Assembly (NCBI GenBank): GCA_041752695.1
Contig: JBGSVZ010000027.1
Location: 80,119-144,118, forward strand
Direction of reading: 5' to 3'
Length of the DNA stretch: 64,000 bases
Origin: Terrimicrobiaceae bacterium
GTDB taxonomy: Bacteria; Verrucomicrobiota; Verrucomicrobiia; Chthoniobacterales; Terrimicrobiaceae
Both the position numbers and the translations under genes were made by a program. Each line of letters opens with the position of its first letter. The first letter of the stretch is position 1. Shown one piece after another: positions 1 to 9,239 of the stretch. The notes beneath the pieces were generated by a model. That model was not told the origin of the DNA, did no database searches, and saw only the letters and a program-made list of their open reading frames with translations.

Positions 1-571
1 CCATCCCACACGTCTCCGCGCCGGGATGGACCGCCACCGGCAGACCGCACGCACTGGCCGCCTCATAGATCGGCCAGTAGCATTTTTGTCCGAAAGGTAT
101 GCGCGCCGCGCTGGTCATGATGGTCTGCACCATCCGTGGATGTCCCGCCCAACGGTGAATCTCCGCCACCGCAGCTTCGGGGTCCTGCGGGGTGATCAGA
201 ATCGACCCATAAAACCGCGGATCCGCGGTCAGCCATTTTTCCGCCAGATGTTCATTATACGCACGCGCCACGGCTGCGGCAAAATGCACATTGGGATGCA
301 CGCCGGCGGAGTTCACCCCGGAGCCGGTGAGAATGGCCTTCGTTATTCCGAAAGGCTCGAGGTGCTGCTCGATCATCTTTTGCGGACACGATCCGGGAGG
401 ACCTTCCGCTGGCGTGGCGTCGCTCCGCAGCACCCCGATGGGACTGGGCAGAAGGTTGGGCGGGAGATGCCAGCCCGGTTCCCGGAAGGCCCGCGGGAGT
501 CGCTCGATCAGTTCCGTCCCGGCAAAGTTCTGATGGACGTCGCAATCAATAATGGGAAAGCCGATTTTCAT
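1..571 (-). CDS. Amidohydrolase family 2 protein, 5' part (runs off the window edge; missing from the ORF track)
   Basis: Manual translation from ATG at 571: MKIGFPIIDCDVHQ...AVARAYNEHLAEKW...YWPIYEAASACGLPVAVHP, with typical DxDxH/DxH and PVxVHP amidohydrolase motifs. Confidence 0.85.
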   Translation of the reverse strand, partial: MKIGFPIIDCDVHQNFAGTELIERLPRAFREPGWHLPPNLLPSPIGVLRSDATPAEGPPGSCPQKMIEQHLEPFGITKAILTGSGVNSAGVHPNVHFAAAVARAYNEHLAEKWLTADPRFYGSILITPQDPEAAVAEIHRWAGHPRMVQTIMTSAARIPFGQKCYWPIYEAASACGLPVAVHPGAETCGM

Positions 572-649
572 CGCTAGCGTTAGACTGACAAATGGCCTCG
601 ACTTTGTCCTCAGGTGAAATTGATATTGCTTGTCTGTAACTGATGTTTC

Positions 650-1477
650 ATGGAACCGGGAGTCATTCATTTTCTGGACCGGCTGGGTGCTCCGTTTTTG
701 TTTTTGGAGGAACGTATTGTCACGGTCACCACGCCGGAGATTCGGAAGTTCACCAATGCACTGCCGAAGATTCTTTTTGTGGTGGAGGGCCGGATTCTCC
801 ACCGGTTCGACGAGGGCCGCGCGGAAAAGCTGCAGGCAGGCTACATCCTGTTCAATCAGGGGGCGTTCCAGCAAACCTACCTCCCGGTTTCTCCTCCTCG
901 CGCTTCCCGGGTCCGTGTCCTGCGCCTGACGTTTACGCCGGACCGTGATTCGGAATTCGCCCGCGAGATTCTCGCGGGTCTTCCGCAGAAGGGAGTCGCC
1001 CCCTGTCCGCTGACCCAGTGGGTCGCGGGGATGCGGAGGGAACTTCAGTCGCCCCGCCCGGACAGCCGCCAGCGGATTCATGCTTTGGCTCGGACGGCGC
1101 TGATCGACGCGGCCCGGGCGCTGGAAAGCGGTCCCATCGAAGCGGCGACAGACCGCAGCGAACAACTCTGCGACGCCATCTCCCACCACCTTGACCAACA
1201 CCTCGCCTCTCCGCTCACCCTGGCCGATGTTGCCCGGGCGGTGGACCGTTCGGAGGAACATATCGCACGGGTTTTTCGGCAGCGGCGGAACCGGACCATC
1301 TTCGCCGAACTCCAGCGGCTCCGCGTCGAAAGGGCGCGTTATCTTCTTCTCTGCTCCAGACTTAGCATGACTTCCATCGCGCGAGAATGCGGCTTCAGCA
1401 CACCGGCCCTCTTTAGCAGAACGTTTCGCGTCCAAACCGGAATGAGTCCGACGGAATGTGCGGCGGAATATCGTTAA
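650..1477 (+). CDS. AraC/XylS family transcriptional regulator
   Basis: C-terminal double HTH (LTLADVARAVDRSEEHIARVF...IARECGFSTPALFSRTFRVQTGMSP); divergent from the amidohydrolase. Confidence 0.9.
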   Translation: MEPGVIHFLDRLGAPFLFLEERIVTVTTPEIRKFTNALPKILFVVEGRILHRFDEGRAEKLQAGYILFNQGAFQQTYLPVSPPRASRVRVLRLTFTPDRDSEFAREILAGLPQKGVAPCPLTQWVAGMRRELQSPRPDSRQRIHALARTALIDAARALESGPIEAATDRSEQLCDAISHHLDQHLASPLTLADVARAVDRSEEHIARVFRQRRNRTIFAELQRLRVERARYLLLCSRLSMTSIARECGFSTPALFSRTFRVQTGMSPTECAAEYR

Positions 1478-1502
1478 CCCTGCGCACGAGGGTCGGCCCA
1501 TT

Positions 1503-2537
1503 TCAGAAAAGTCGCAACTGTTCGCCGCCCGGATTGCGGAACGCAGACGTGGAAAGCGGCGGCATCCGGTCGGCGAACCCCTCCCGCTGGAGACAGACCG
1601 CAAAAAGCTGGCGGACCTGTTCCGCAAAAATTCCCTCCCCGCGCATCCGCGTGCCAAAGGTGGAGTCGTTTAACTTGCCCCCGCGAACATCCCGGATACG
1701 TCCGAGGATCTTTTCTTTCGAGCCGGGGAGATGTTCGTCGAGCCAAGCGGAAAAGACGTCCTTCACTCCGTAAGGCAGCCGCAACATGGTGTAGCCGGCA
1801 CGCAGGGCTCCCGCCTGCCAGGCCGCCTCGAGAATGGCGGGGATTTCGTGATCGTTCAAACCGGGGATCACTGGTGCGATCAGGACACCGACCGGGATCC
1901 CTGCGGCCGTCAGCTGGCGGACAGCATCCAGCCGGTGCGACGGAGAGGCGGCGCGCGGTTCCAATTTCCGCGCTAGTCCGCCATCAAGCGTCGTGATGGA
2001 AATATGCACGCTAGCCGCTTGCACGCGGGCAAGTTCGGCGAGGAGGTCGATGTCGCGGGTGACGAGATGATTTTTCGTCACGATCCCAACAGGATTGCGA
2101 AACTCCGCCAGCACCTGCAGGCAGCCGCGGGTAATTTTTAGTTTGCGTTCCACCGGTTGGTAACAATCCGTCACCCCACTAATCGCAATGGGCTGCGGCT
2201 GCCATTTCGGTGAAGCCAATTCCTGGCGCAGGAGGTGAGGTGCGTCAGACTTCACCATGATGCGGGTCTCGAAATCCACCCCGGCCGAGAAGCCGAGGTA
2301 TTCGTGATAGGGGCGCGCGTAGCAATAGGAACACCCGTGTTCGCAACCGCGATAAGGATTCACGCTGGCCCGGAAACCAATGTCCGGGCTGTCGTTCATG
2401 CTAATGGCACTTTGCGACGAATCCCGCAGATACACCGTGCGTGGATTCGGATTTTCAAACTCCGCATCAATCGCCACCTCCAGCTTTTCAAACCGTCCCG
2501 CGGGATTGATCGTCGCGCCACGTCCGCGGAGGTTCAT
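1503..2537 (-). CDS. Radical SAM protein, PA0069/Rv2578c (SPL-like) family
   Basis: NPYRGCEHGCSYCYAR CxxxCxxC motif; TDCYQPVE; LEPRA; C-terminal QLRLF. Confidence 0.9.
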   Translation of the reverse strand: MNLRGRGATINPAGRFEKLEVAIDAEFENPNPRTVYLRDSSQSAISMNDSPDIGFRASVNPYRGCEHGCSYCYARPYHEYLGFSAGVDFETRIMVKSDAPHLLRQELASPKWQPQPIAISGVTDCYQPVERKLKITRGCLQVLAEFRNPVGIVTKNHLVTRDIDLLAELARVQAASVHISITTLDGGLARKLEPRAASPSHRLDAVRQLTAAGIPVGVLIAPVIPGLNDHEIPAILEAAWQAGALRAGYTMLRLPYGVKDVFSAWLDEHLPGSKEKILGRIRDVRGGKLNDSTFGTRMRGEGIFAEQVRQLFAVCLQREGFADRMPPLSTSAFRNPGGEQLRLF

Positions 2538-2574
2538 GGCGATCTCCGGCCAGAACGCCTGGTCGGCAGCGGCT

Positions 2575-3147
2575 TCACAACGCCTTCTTGAATTTTTCGA
2601 GCTTGGGCACAGTCACGCCCCGGTTGTAGGGATGGTTCGGATTGTTCTCGTAAAAATCCTGATGATATTGCTCCGCCGGATAAAAGGTGGTGAGCGGGAC
2701 AATCTCCGTCACGATGGGGCTCTTAAACTGCGAAGCCGCGGCGGCCTTGGATTTCTCGGCGGCGGCTTTTTCCTCCTCGTTGGTGGTCAGGATGATTGAG
2801 CGATATTGCGTACCGGCATCGGCTCCCTGACGATTGAGCGTGGTGGGATCGTGTGCCTTCCAGAAGAGGTCGATCACTTTTTCGTAGCTGATTTTGGCGG
2901 GGTCGAAAGTGATCTGAACCACCTCGGCATGTCCCGTCCGTCCGCTGCAAACCTGCTCATACGTGGGATTGACCACGGAACCCCCGGCATAGCCACTCAC
3001 GACGGATTGGATTCCCGGGACGCTCTGATACATGGCTTCCACACACCAAAAACATCCTCCACCCACCGTGGCCACCTGCGACTTTTTTTCCTCTGCGCTC
3101 ATTGGCACAGACGCTATCATACAAAAGAGAAAAATGTACCGGAACAT
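2575..3147 (-). CDS. msrA: Peptide-methionine (S)-S-oxide reductase MsrA with N-terminal signal peptide
   Basis: GGGCFWCVE, GHAEVVQ, QYRS and AEQYHQDFY motifs; ATG at 3147 preferred, giving a hydrophobic leader. Confidence 0.95.
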   Translation of the reverse strand: MFRYIFLFCMIASVPMSAEEKKSQVATVGGGCFWCVEAMYQSVPGIQSVVSGYAGGSVVNPTYEQVCSGRTGHAEVVQITFDPAKISYEKVIDLFWKAHDPTTLNRQGADAGTQYRSIILTTNEEEKAAAEKSKAAAASQFKSPIVTEIVPLTTFYPAEQYHQDFYENNPNHPYNRGVTVPKLEKFKKAL

Positions 3148-3187
3148 CCTGAGACCCTCACCCACTGACGGGCACCGCGCAAGGTGG

Positions 3188-3499
3188 CTACCAGTTTTCT
3201 GTGAGAATCGTCAGGTCGTCCACCAAACCGTCGATCTTCTTCAGATCCTTGCGACGGCCCTTGTCGGCCTTCACCGAGGCACTCCGGAGCAAGGAGAGCA
3301 TATCTCGCAGATCCCGCTGCTTTCCGGGAGGAAGTTTCTTTTTTCCGGCTTCCTTCTCCACCGCAGTGCTCACCTGAACAATTTCGGCATCCAAACGGGC
3401 CAGGTAAGTCTCAACCGTCCCACGCAACGTCACTCGCAATTCCTCCAACTCTGCCGCGATGGCTTTAAAGGGAGCTGCATCATTGCCAGGGGTTTCCAT
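3188..3499 (-). CDS. Hypothetical helical protein
   Basis: 103-aa ATG-started ORF, co-oriented with msrA, coiled-coil-like composition. Confidence 0.7.
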   Translation of the reverse strand: METPGNDAAPFKAIAAELEELRVTLRGTVETYLARLDAEIVQVSTAVEKEAGKKKLPPGKQRDLRDMLSLLRSASVKADKGRRKDLKKIDGLVDDLTILTENW

Positions 3500-3629
3500 G
3501 CTTCACTATAACCCCGGATTGCCCAGTTCCTCAAGGGCACGATCTCCCGATCAAGTGAATTTTTCGTCACGTTCTCATCTCTACACCCTCATGCAGGGCG
3601 ATATTATTTTAATAAATAACTGATAATCA

Positions 3630-4031
3630 ATGGTTTACAAAAAATCGAGACTCATTAAAGCCGCGCTGGAAGTCCGACTCCGGGCGTTCGCTCCCTACTC
3701 CGGTTTTGCGGTTGGTGCGGCATTGCTCGACGCGGAAGGGGACATTCATACCGGCTGCAATGTGGAGAACATCAGCTACGGGCTCACTCTCTGTGCCGAA
3801 AGGGGGGCCGTGATGAGCGCCATCGCGTCGGGAAGACGGGATTTTGTGGCCATCGCCATTGTGGCCGATACGGACGTGCCCCTCAGCCCGTGTGGGGCCT
3901 GTCGCCAGTTCCTCGCCGAATTCGCGCCGGATCTGGCAATCGTGAGCGCGACCGTCTCCGGACGTCAAGAAGACCTATCCCTTTCCGTCCTTTTGCCTCG
4001 TGCAAAAACCGGCATCTTGAACACGCCATGA
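3630..4031 (+). CDS. cdd: Cytidine deaminase (homotetrameric type)
   Basis: APYSGFAVGAA, GCNVEN, CAER, PCGACRQ zinc motifs. Confidence 0.95.
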   Translation: MVYKKSRLIKAALEVRLRAFAPYSGFAVGAALLDAEGDIHTGCNVENISYGLTLCAERGAVMSAIASGRRDFVAIAIVADTDVPLSPCGACRQFLAEFAPDLAIVSATVSGRQEDLSLSVLLPRAKTGILNTP

Positions 4032-4066
4032 GACGTTCCTCACGCAGACGTCCTGAAGAAGAGGAG

Positions 4067-4262
4067 AAAATTTAAACCCTTATCCTTCTTCTTATAGGTG
4101 TGAACAACTCGTCCGAAACGTGTTCCAGCATGTATTCACCGCCGTTCCATGGCCAAAACCTTCTGAGAATAACTTGAGAGTCATCCCCACCCTCTGAGAA
4201 CCCTTTACCCCATAAACCCGATTCATTCGCTTTTGCCCCCACGCTTTCACACAATGTTCACA
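4067..4262. promoter_or_regulatory. Candidate replication origin (oriC-like) elements
   Basis: Minus strand reads TTGTTCACA(4107-4099)-CC-TAT AAG AAG AAG GAT AAG(4096-4079)-GG-TTTAAATTTT; further degenerate DnaA-box-like 9-mers at 4164-4172, 4181-4189, 4245-4253 and 4254-4262. Confidence 0.45.
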
Positions 4263-5078
4263 GCCCTTTCCCAAAAACTGTTCATCCTTGTTCCACGTGG
4301 AACAATCTTGGCGGCGACCCTGATTTTCCTCGCGGTTTTGACGGGATGTTCGCCGAGAAACCCGGACGACACGCTCGTGGTGGGAATGGATCTTTCGTAC
4401 CCCCCCTTTGAAACGATCGACGCTTCCGGTCAGCCCGTTGGCGTGAGTGTCGATCTGGCAAAAGCTCTCGCTCATAGTCTGGGCCGTCCCTTGAAAATCG
4501 AAAATATGCCGTTTGTCGGACTTATCCCGTCGCTTCAGAACGGAGGCATCGATTGCGTGATCAGTTCCATGACCGATACCCCGGAACGGCGCAACGCCAT
4601 CTCCTTCTCCGACCCCTATCTCTCCACCGGTCTCGCGCTGCTCATCAACACAAAGTCCGGCTACCGCCAGCTCTCCGAGGTGGACCAACCCGGAAACACC
4701 ATCGCCGTCCGTCTAGGCACGACTGGGGAATCCTGGGCCCGCCAAAACATTAAGAACGCGACCTTGGTGGCGTTGGAAAAGGAGAACACCGCGGTTCTGG
4801 AAGTGATCCAAGGAAAAGCGGCCGCCTTCATTTACGACCAGATGAGTGTCTGGCAGAATCACCAAAAAAATCCCGAGACGACCCGTGCTCTTCTTTCCCC
4901 GATTCGCAAAGAAGAATGGGCCATCGGGGTCCGCAAGGACAACGCCGTGCTCCAGGAGCAAATCAACACGTTCTTGAAAGGCTTCCGCGCCGACGGGGGA
5001 TTTGACCGATTGGCCGACCAGTATCTGAAGGAGCAAAAGGAAGCGTTTGCCAAAGAGAACGTGCCCTTTCTCTTTTGA
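4254..5078 (+). CDS. Polar amino-acid ABC transporter substrate-binding lipoprotein (SBP family 3)
   Basis: Lipobox LTGC; YPPFE, GVSVDL, MTDTPER...FSDPY motifs; start codon uncertain. Confidence 0.9.
   Translation: MFTALSQKLFILVPRGTILAATLIFLAVLTGCSPRNPDDTLVVGMDLSYPPFETIDASGQPVGVSVDLAKALAHSLGRPLKIENMPFVGLIPSLQNGGIDCVISSMTDTPERRNAISFSDPYLSTGLALLINTKSGYRQLSEVDQPGNTIAVRLGTTGESWARQNIKNATLVALEKENTAVLEVIQGKAAAFIYDQMSVWQNHQKNPETTRALLSPIRKEEWAIGVRKDNAVLQEQINTFLKGFRADGGFDRLADQYLKEQKEAFAKENVPFLF
4289..4304. promoter_or_regulatory. parS centromere site (ParB binding)
   Basis: Perfect palindrome TGTTCCACGTGGAACA matching the bacterial parS consensus; the palindrome extends to 4288-4305. Confidence 0.85.
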
Positions 5079-5252
5079 GACCGTTTCGCCTGGGGGAGCG
5101 CAACAACTCAAAAACCAAAGGCCCGGGCCCGACTGGCAGGCGGTCGAACGCCTGCGTGCGGTCTTGCCCTGTACCGAGGTGACGAAAACTCCCACCCGGT
5201 TTGCGACTTCGCCCTAACGGCGCTACAGTAGGACCGAATTAAAATCGCGCCC

Positions 5253-5900
5253 ATGCCGGATACTTGTCATAACGCCGGAACCCCCATCATGCTCGAAACC
5301 CAACTCCGTTCCCATGGGATCCACTCAGAAAGCGTGCTGGCGGCTCTGAATCTCGTCCCGCGTGAGGAGTTTATTCCCCTCGAAAGTCGTGACCGGGCGT
5401 ATGAGGATGGATCGCTCCCGATTGGACACGGCCAGACGATTTCGCAGCCTTACATCGTGGCCCTGATGACCGAACAGCTCGAACCGGCCCCTCATCAGAA
5501 GGTGCTCGAAGTGGGTACGGGTTCTGGATACCAGACCGCCGTTTTGAGCAGTTTAGTGCGCGAGATCTATTCGGTGGAAATCGTCGAGCCCCTCGCCCGA
5601 CAGGCCGCCACCGTGTTGGCGAGGTTGGGTTTCACCAATATCCATCTCCGATTAGGGGATGGATATCTGGGCTGGCCCGATGCGGCACCGTTTGACACTA
5701 TCATTGTGACCTGTGCTCCGGACCATGTGCCGCAACCGCTGGTGGATCAACTTTCGGACGGAGGCCATCTGGTGATTCCGGTCGGGGAACCGGGCGGGAT
5801 CCAGAAACTGATTCGGTTGACCAAAACCGGCGATGGTCTCCGTCGGGACGATCTGCTAGACGTCCGGTTCGTGCCGTTGGTCCGGCATGAGGGAAACTGA
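5253..5900 (+). CDS. pcm: Protein-L-isoaspartate O-methyltransferase
   Basis: VPREEF, GQTISQPYIVALM, VLEVGTGSGYQ, APFD motifs. Confidence 0.95.
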   Translation: MPDTCHNAGTPIMLETQLRSHGIHSESVLAALNLVPREEFIPLESRDRAYEDGSLPIGHGQTISQPYIVALMTEQLEPAPHQKVLEVGTGSGYQTAVLSSLVREIYSVEIVEPLARQAATVLARLGFTNIHLRLGDGYLGWPDAAPFDTIIVTCAPDHVPQPLVDQLSDGGHLVIPVGEPGGIQKLIRLTKTGDGLRRDDLLDVRFVPLVRHEGN

Positions 5901-6713
5901 TTGACGGGAGGATGGTCGAACGGTAGGCCATCGCGCGTGAAGGGGAGGCTATTTCTTGATCGACCGCGAGCCCCGGCTCCACGCTGGGCCAAGGTAGCGA
6001 CGTTCACCCTTCTCCTCCTGCTCCTCTCCTTGATCTGCACCGGCGTGCTTTTGGGAAGCGGCCGGCAGTGGCAGGCGGTGTGGGGGTATCGGCAGGCGTT
6101 CTGGAATGGCTGGCTGCTCACCGTGGGCCTGTCGATCCTGGCTTTGGTCGGAAGCACGGTCATCGGTGTGCTGGCGGCCCTGGCAAAAAGATCAGAAATC
6201 CTTGTAATCCGTTATCTATCAACGCTTTACGTAGAGTTTGTTCGCGGCACTCCGTTTTTGGTCCTCATATTGTTGCTCTGGTTTGGGATGCCCCAAATCA
6301 CGCAGCAAGCCAGCCGTCTTTTGGTGGGTGTGCTTGCGTTGTCCCTGTTTGCGGGAGCCTATATTGCGGAAATGGTTCGAGCCGGGATCGAAAGTGTCGG
6401 CGCTTCTCAACGCGAGAGTGCCCGGGCCATCGGGCTGACTTCGCTCCAGACCTACCGGTATGTCATTTTTCCCCAGGCCCTCCGTCACATTCTGCCGCCG
6501 CTCGCCGGACAGTTCGCTTCCTTAATCAAGGATTCGTCCCTTCTTTTTGTCATTGGCCTGCCCGAGGTGACGTATACCGCCCAGCAAATCAACTCGGCCA
6601 CCTACAGCACGTTGGAAAGTTTTCTCCCCCTCGCGCTGGCTTATCTTGTCCTGACCATTCCCATCTCCCTAGCCTCTAAGGTTCTGGAGAGTCGTTTTCG
6701 GTTTGAAACGTAA
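5901..6713 (+). CDS. Amino-acid ABC transporter permease
   Basis: YVEFVRGTP, AYIAEMVRAGIES, EAA-like ESARAIG, IKDSSL; start uncertain. Confidence 0.92.
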   Translation: MTGGWSNGRPSRVKGRLFLDRPRAPAPRWAKVATFTLLLLLLSLICTGVLLGSGRQWQAVWGYRQAFWNGWLLTVGLSILALVGSTVIGVLAALAKRSEILVIRYLSTLYVEFVRGTPFLVLILLLWFGMPQITQQASRLLVGVLALSLFAGAYIAEMVRAGIESVGASQRESARAIGLTSLQTYRYVIFPQALRHILPPLAGQFASLIKDSSLLFVIGLPEVTYTAQQINSATYSTLESFLPLALAYLVLTIPISLASKVLESRFRFET

Positions 6714-6731
6714 AGGAGGAAGCTTGCTCTC

Positions 6732-7457
6732 ATGACCATCGACTGTTCCGGCCTTGCCAAATCCTTCGGCGCTCATCACGCGCTCAAGGATGCCACATTT
6801 CGCACGACCTTCGATCACACCCTCGCACTCATCGGTCCGTCGGGAGGCGGAAAATCCACCCTCATGCGGATTCTTGCTGGCTTGGAATTCCCCGATGCCG
6901 GAAGCGTCACGGTCAACGGGAAGCCGATCGAATACACCGAGGAAAAACTTGCCGTCTATCGCCGCCGCATCGGCGTGGTTTTTCAATCCTTCAATCTCTT
7001 TCCGCATCTCACCGCGCGGCAAAACCTCCTTCTCCCGCTGGAAAACGTTCACCATTTTTCCGACGCCGCATCGCGCGCAGATCAAGCGTTGGAGCGGTTC
7101 CGGCTCACTCCGCACGCGGAAAAAAAGCCCTCCCAATTAAGCGGGGGCCAGCGTCAGCGTGTCGCCATCGCGCGAGCGCTGGCGATTGATCCGGAGTTTC
7201 TGCTGATGGATGAACCGACCTCTGCGCTTGATCCTGAAATGACGGCCGAAGTGCTCGACGTGATCGCCGATCTCCGCGAGGCCGGTCAGCCGCTCGTGCT
7301 CGTGACGCATGAAATGGGCTTCGCGCGAAAGACGGCGGATGTCGTGGCTTTTGTGGCCGAGGGCGCGGTCGCCGAATGCCGTCCCGCGGAGGATTTTTTC
7401 GACCGGCCGGAAACGCCCGGGGCCCGGCGGTTTTTGGAACGGATATTGAAGTATTGA
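6732..7457 (+). CDS. Amino-acid ABC transporter ATP-binding protein
   Basis: Walker A GPSGGGKST, signature LSGGQRQR, DEPTSALDPE, VTHEMGFA. Confidence 0.95.
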   Translation: MTIDCSGLAKSFGAHHALKDATFRTTFDHTLALIGPSGGGKSTLMRILAGLEFPDAGSVTVNGKPIEYTEEKLAVYRRRIGVVFQSFNLFPHLTARQNLLLPLENVHHFSDAASRADQALERFRLTPHAEKKPSQLSGGQRQRVAIARALAIDPEFLLMDEPTSALDPEMTAEVLDVIADLREAGQPLVLVTHEMGFARKTADVVAFVAEGAVAECRPAEDFFDRPETPGARRFLERILKY

Positions 7458-7491
7458 GTGTGGAGGGTTGCAGGCCCTTGCAGCCCAGGTC

Positions 7492-9183
7492 TTACTCCTG
7501 TTCCTTCAGCGCCTGCTGGATGGCCAAGCTGATGGAATCGGCCACCAGACTCGTCTTGTCGTAGTTGCCGGAGTTGTGATTGTTACAGAGCACCACCACA
7601 CCCAGCTTGGCGGCGGGAACGAGCGTGATGAAGCTGCCAAAACCGGAAAGTCCGCCGTCCTTGAAAATCTTCAGATTGTAGCCGGGCGGGATTTCCTGCG
7701 TGGAAACATCCCAGGCCATCCCGGCAAAATTGGTGGCGTTCCCCGCCGCCTCCTGAACAAGCGGAAGGATGGCGTAACGTGCTCCGAGGGAAAGTTCCGT
7801 GGGGACGGGATGACCGTCAATTTCGGGGTAGCCCAGATACAACTGACAGAGCCGGATGAGATCGCTCACGGAGGATTTGATCGCGCCCGCCGCGGCCCAC
7901 ACCGGGACGACGTTCGCAATGTTGGCTCCGGGCGCGATCCTCACCACCGGAGGCGCAAAATAGCCGCTGCCAGGATTTGTGACCACGGCTCCGATCAACT
8001 CCCCGCCTGATAGGATCGCCTCCGCCGCCGCGCCGCTCCCGGCCCCCGCGGAAAATTGCAGGGTGGTGTTCGGACCGTAATTACTGCCGCCGTTGAGCAC
8101 TTGGACGCCCGCCAATTTCCCGTCGATGATGATAGCCTCCGCCTCCGCCTTTTTGCCGGCACCAATCACATTGACGCTTGGGGCCGCGCGATAGCCGGAG
8201 CCCGGGTTGGTCACGACAATATTTTTCACCGTCATGCGCGGTGCCGTGCCGGACATCACCGCCCGCGCTGTCGCTCCGCTGCCGCCGGGCTGCTCGATGG
8301 TCACCGTGGGTGCCGCAGAATAATAGCCGCCTCCATCCACGACGTTGATTTGCGCGATCCGTCGGGAATTAACGACCGCTTTGGCTGTGGCCTGTTCGTA
8401 GCCGCGCACGACGCGGAGCGCCTGCGCAAGGTCAGGCTCGAAAACATAGGTATTAGTCATACCGAGCGGATCGACGATGTGGTCGAGAATAGCCGTTCCC
8501 CAGCGCTGCACCGCATCCGCCGGGAGCGCCGCGTCGAGATTGTTTGTCACTAAGAGCCCGAGAAGGCCCGTGCTGAAATCCGAATATTTGTAGGGGGCGG
8601 GCAACGCTGTCGGGACGATGGGTTTTTTGGTGTAGTCCTTCGGGACGAAAGTGGAAATCGCCGCGACGAAGTCGGCCACGCCCCATTCGAGGTAGGACGG
8701 CCGTTCGTTTTGGATCGGATTATATTCGCCGGGAAAGCCTGCGGTGAAGCTGGCAAGTTCGCCAATGGTCGCGGGTTTCATGGCGGACTGGAGATTGGGC
8801 AATGGGCCGCTCAGGCTGCCCAGCGTCGTGTAAAGTCCGATCGGCCGGTTCGTTAGGCTGCCCGTCGCCACGGCCTGTCCGACCAGCGCGGTGGTCCAGA
8901 TTTTGGTCACCGAACCGATCTCAAAAATGGAATGTTCGTTCACCGCGTTGCCCGGTGACGAATCGCCGTAGCTCCGGGAGCCAAAGGATTTGTAGAAGAC
9001 GTGGCCGTTTAGCGTGACCGCCACCGACAGGCCACTCGCCTCGCCCTTCCGGTAGAAATTCCCGGCGTAGGTTTCGACGATTTTGTCCAGCGTCGTGGGG
9101 GGAAGGTCACCCGATCCGGCTAACACCGGAACCGCCATTAGCCAACCCAACAAACCAGCCGCCCCAATCCACGAACCACGCAT
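7492..9183 (-). CDS. Secreted serine hydrolase, class C beta-lactamase (AmpC)-like fold, with an inserted repeat domain
   Basis: Signal peptide; FEIGSVTK (SxxK), YSD (YxN variant), LGMTNT, KDG (KTG variant); four ~40-aa repeats between GYEQ and AAGAIKSS. Confidence 0.85.
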   Translation of the reverse strand: MRGSWIGAAGLLGWLMAVPVLAGSGDLPPTTLDKIVETYAGNFYRKGEASGLSVAVTLNGHVFYKSFGSRSYGDSSPGNAVNEHSIFEIGSVTKIWTTALVGQAVATGSLTNRPIGLYTTLGSLSGPLPNLQSAMKPATIGELASFTAGFPGEYNPIQNERPSYLEWGVADFVAAISTFVPKDYTKKPIVPTALPAPYKYSDFSTGLLGLLVTNNLDAALPADAVQRWGTAILDHIVDPLGMTNTYVFEPDLAQALRVVRGYEQATAKAVVNSRRIAQINVVDGGGYYSAAPTVTIEQPGGSGATARAVMSGTAPRMTVKNIVVTNPGSGYRAAPSVNVIGAGKKAEAEAIIIDGKLAGVQVLNGGSNYGPNTTLQFSAGAGSGAAAEAILSGGELIGAVVTNPGSGYFAPPVVRIAPGANIANVVPVWAAAGAIKSSVSDLIRLCQLYLGYPEIDGHPVPTELSLGARYAILPLVQEAAGNATNFAGMAWDVSTQEIPPGYNLKIFKDGGLSGFGSFITLVPAAKLGVVVLCNNHNSGNYDKTSLVADSISLAIQQALKEQE

Positions 9184-9239
9184 CGCGGGAATGTTTCACA
9201 TCCATCGCCTCTCCGCCAGTGGGGAAAAGTCGTGATCGT

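Noticed and set aside
26..577. 183-aa plus-strand ORF
   Set aside because: Antisense shadow of the minus-strand amidohydrolase (1-571).
7492..9183. Calling the serine hydrolase a true antibiotic-resistance beta-lactamase
   Set aside because: YSD/KDG variants and the large insert leave substrate specificity unknown.
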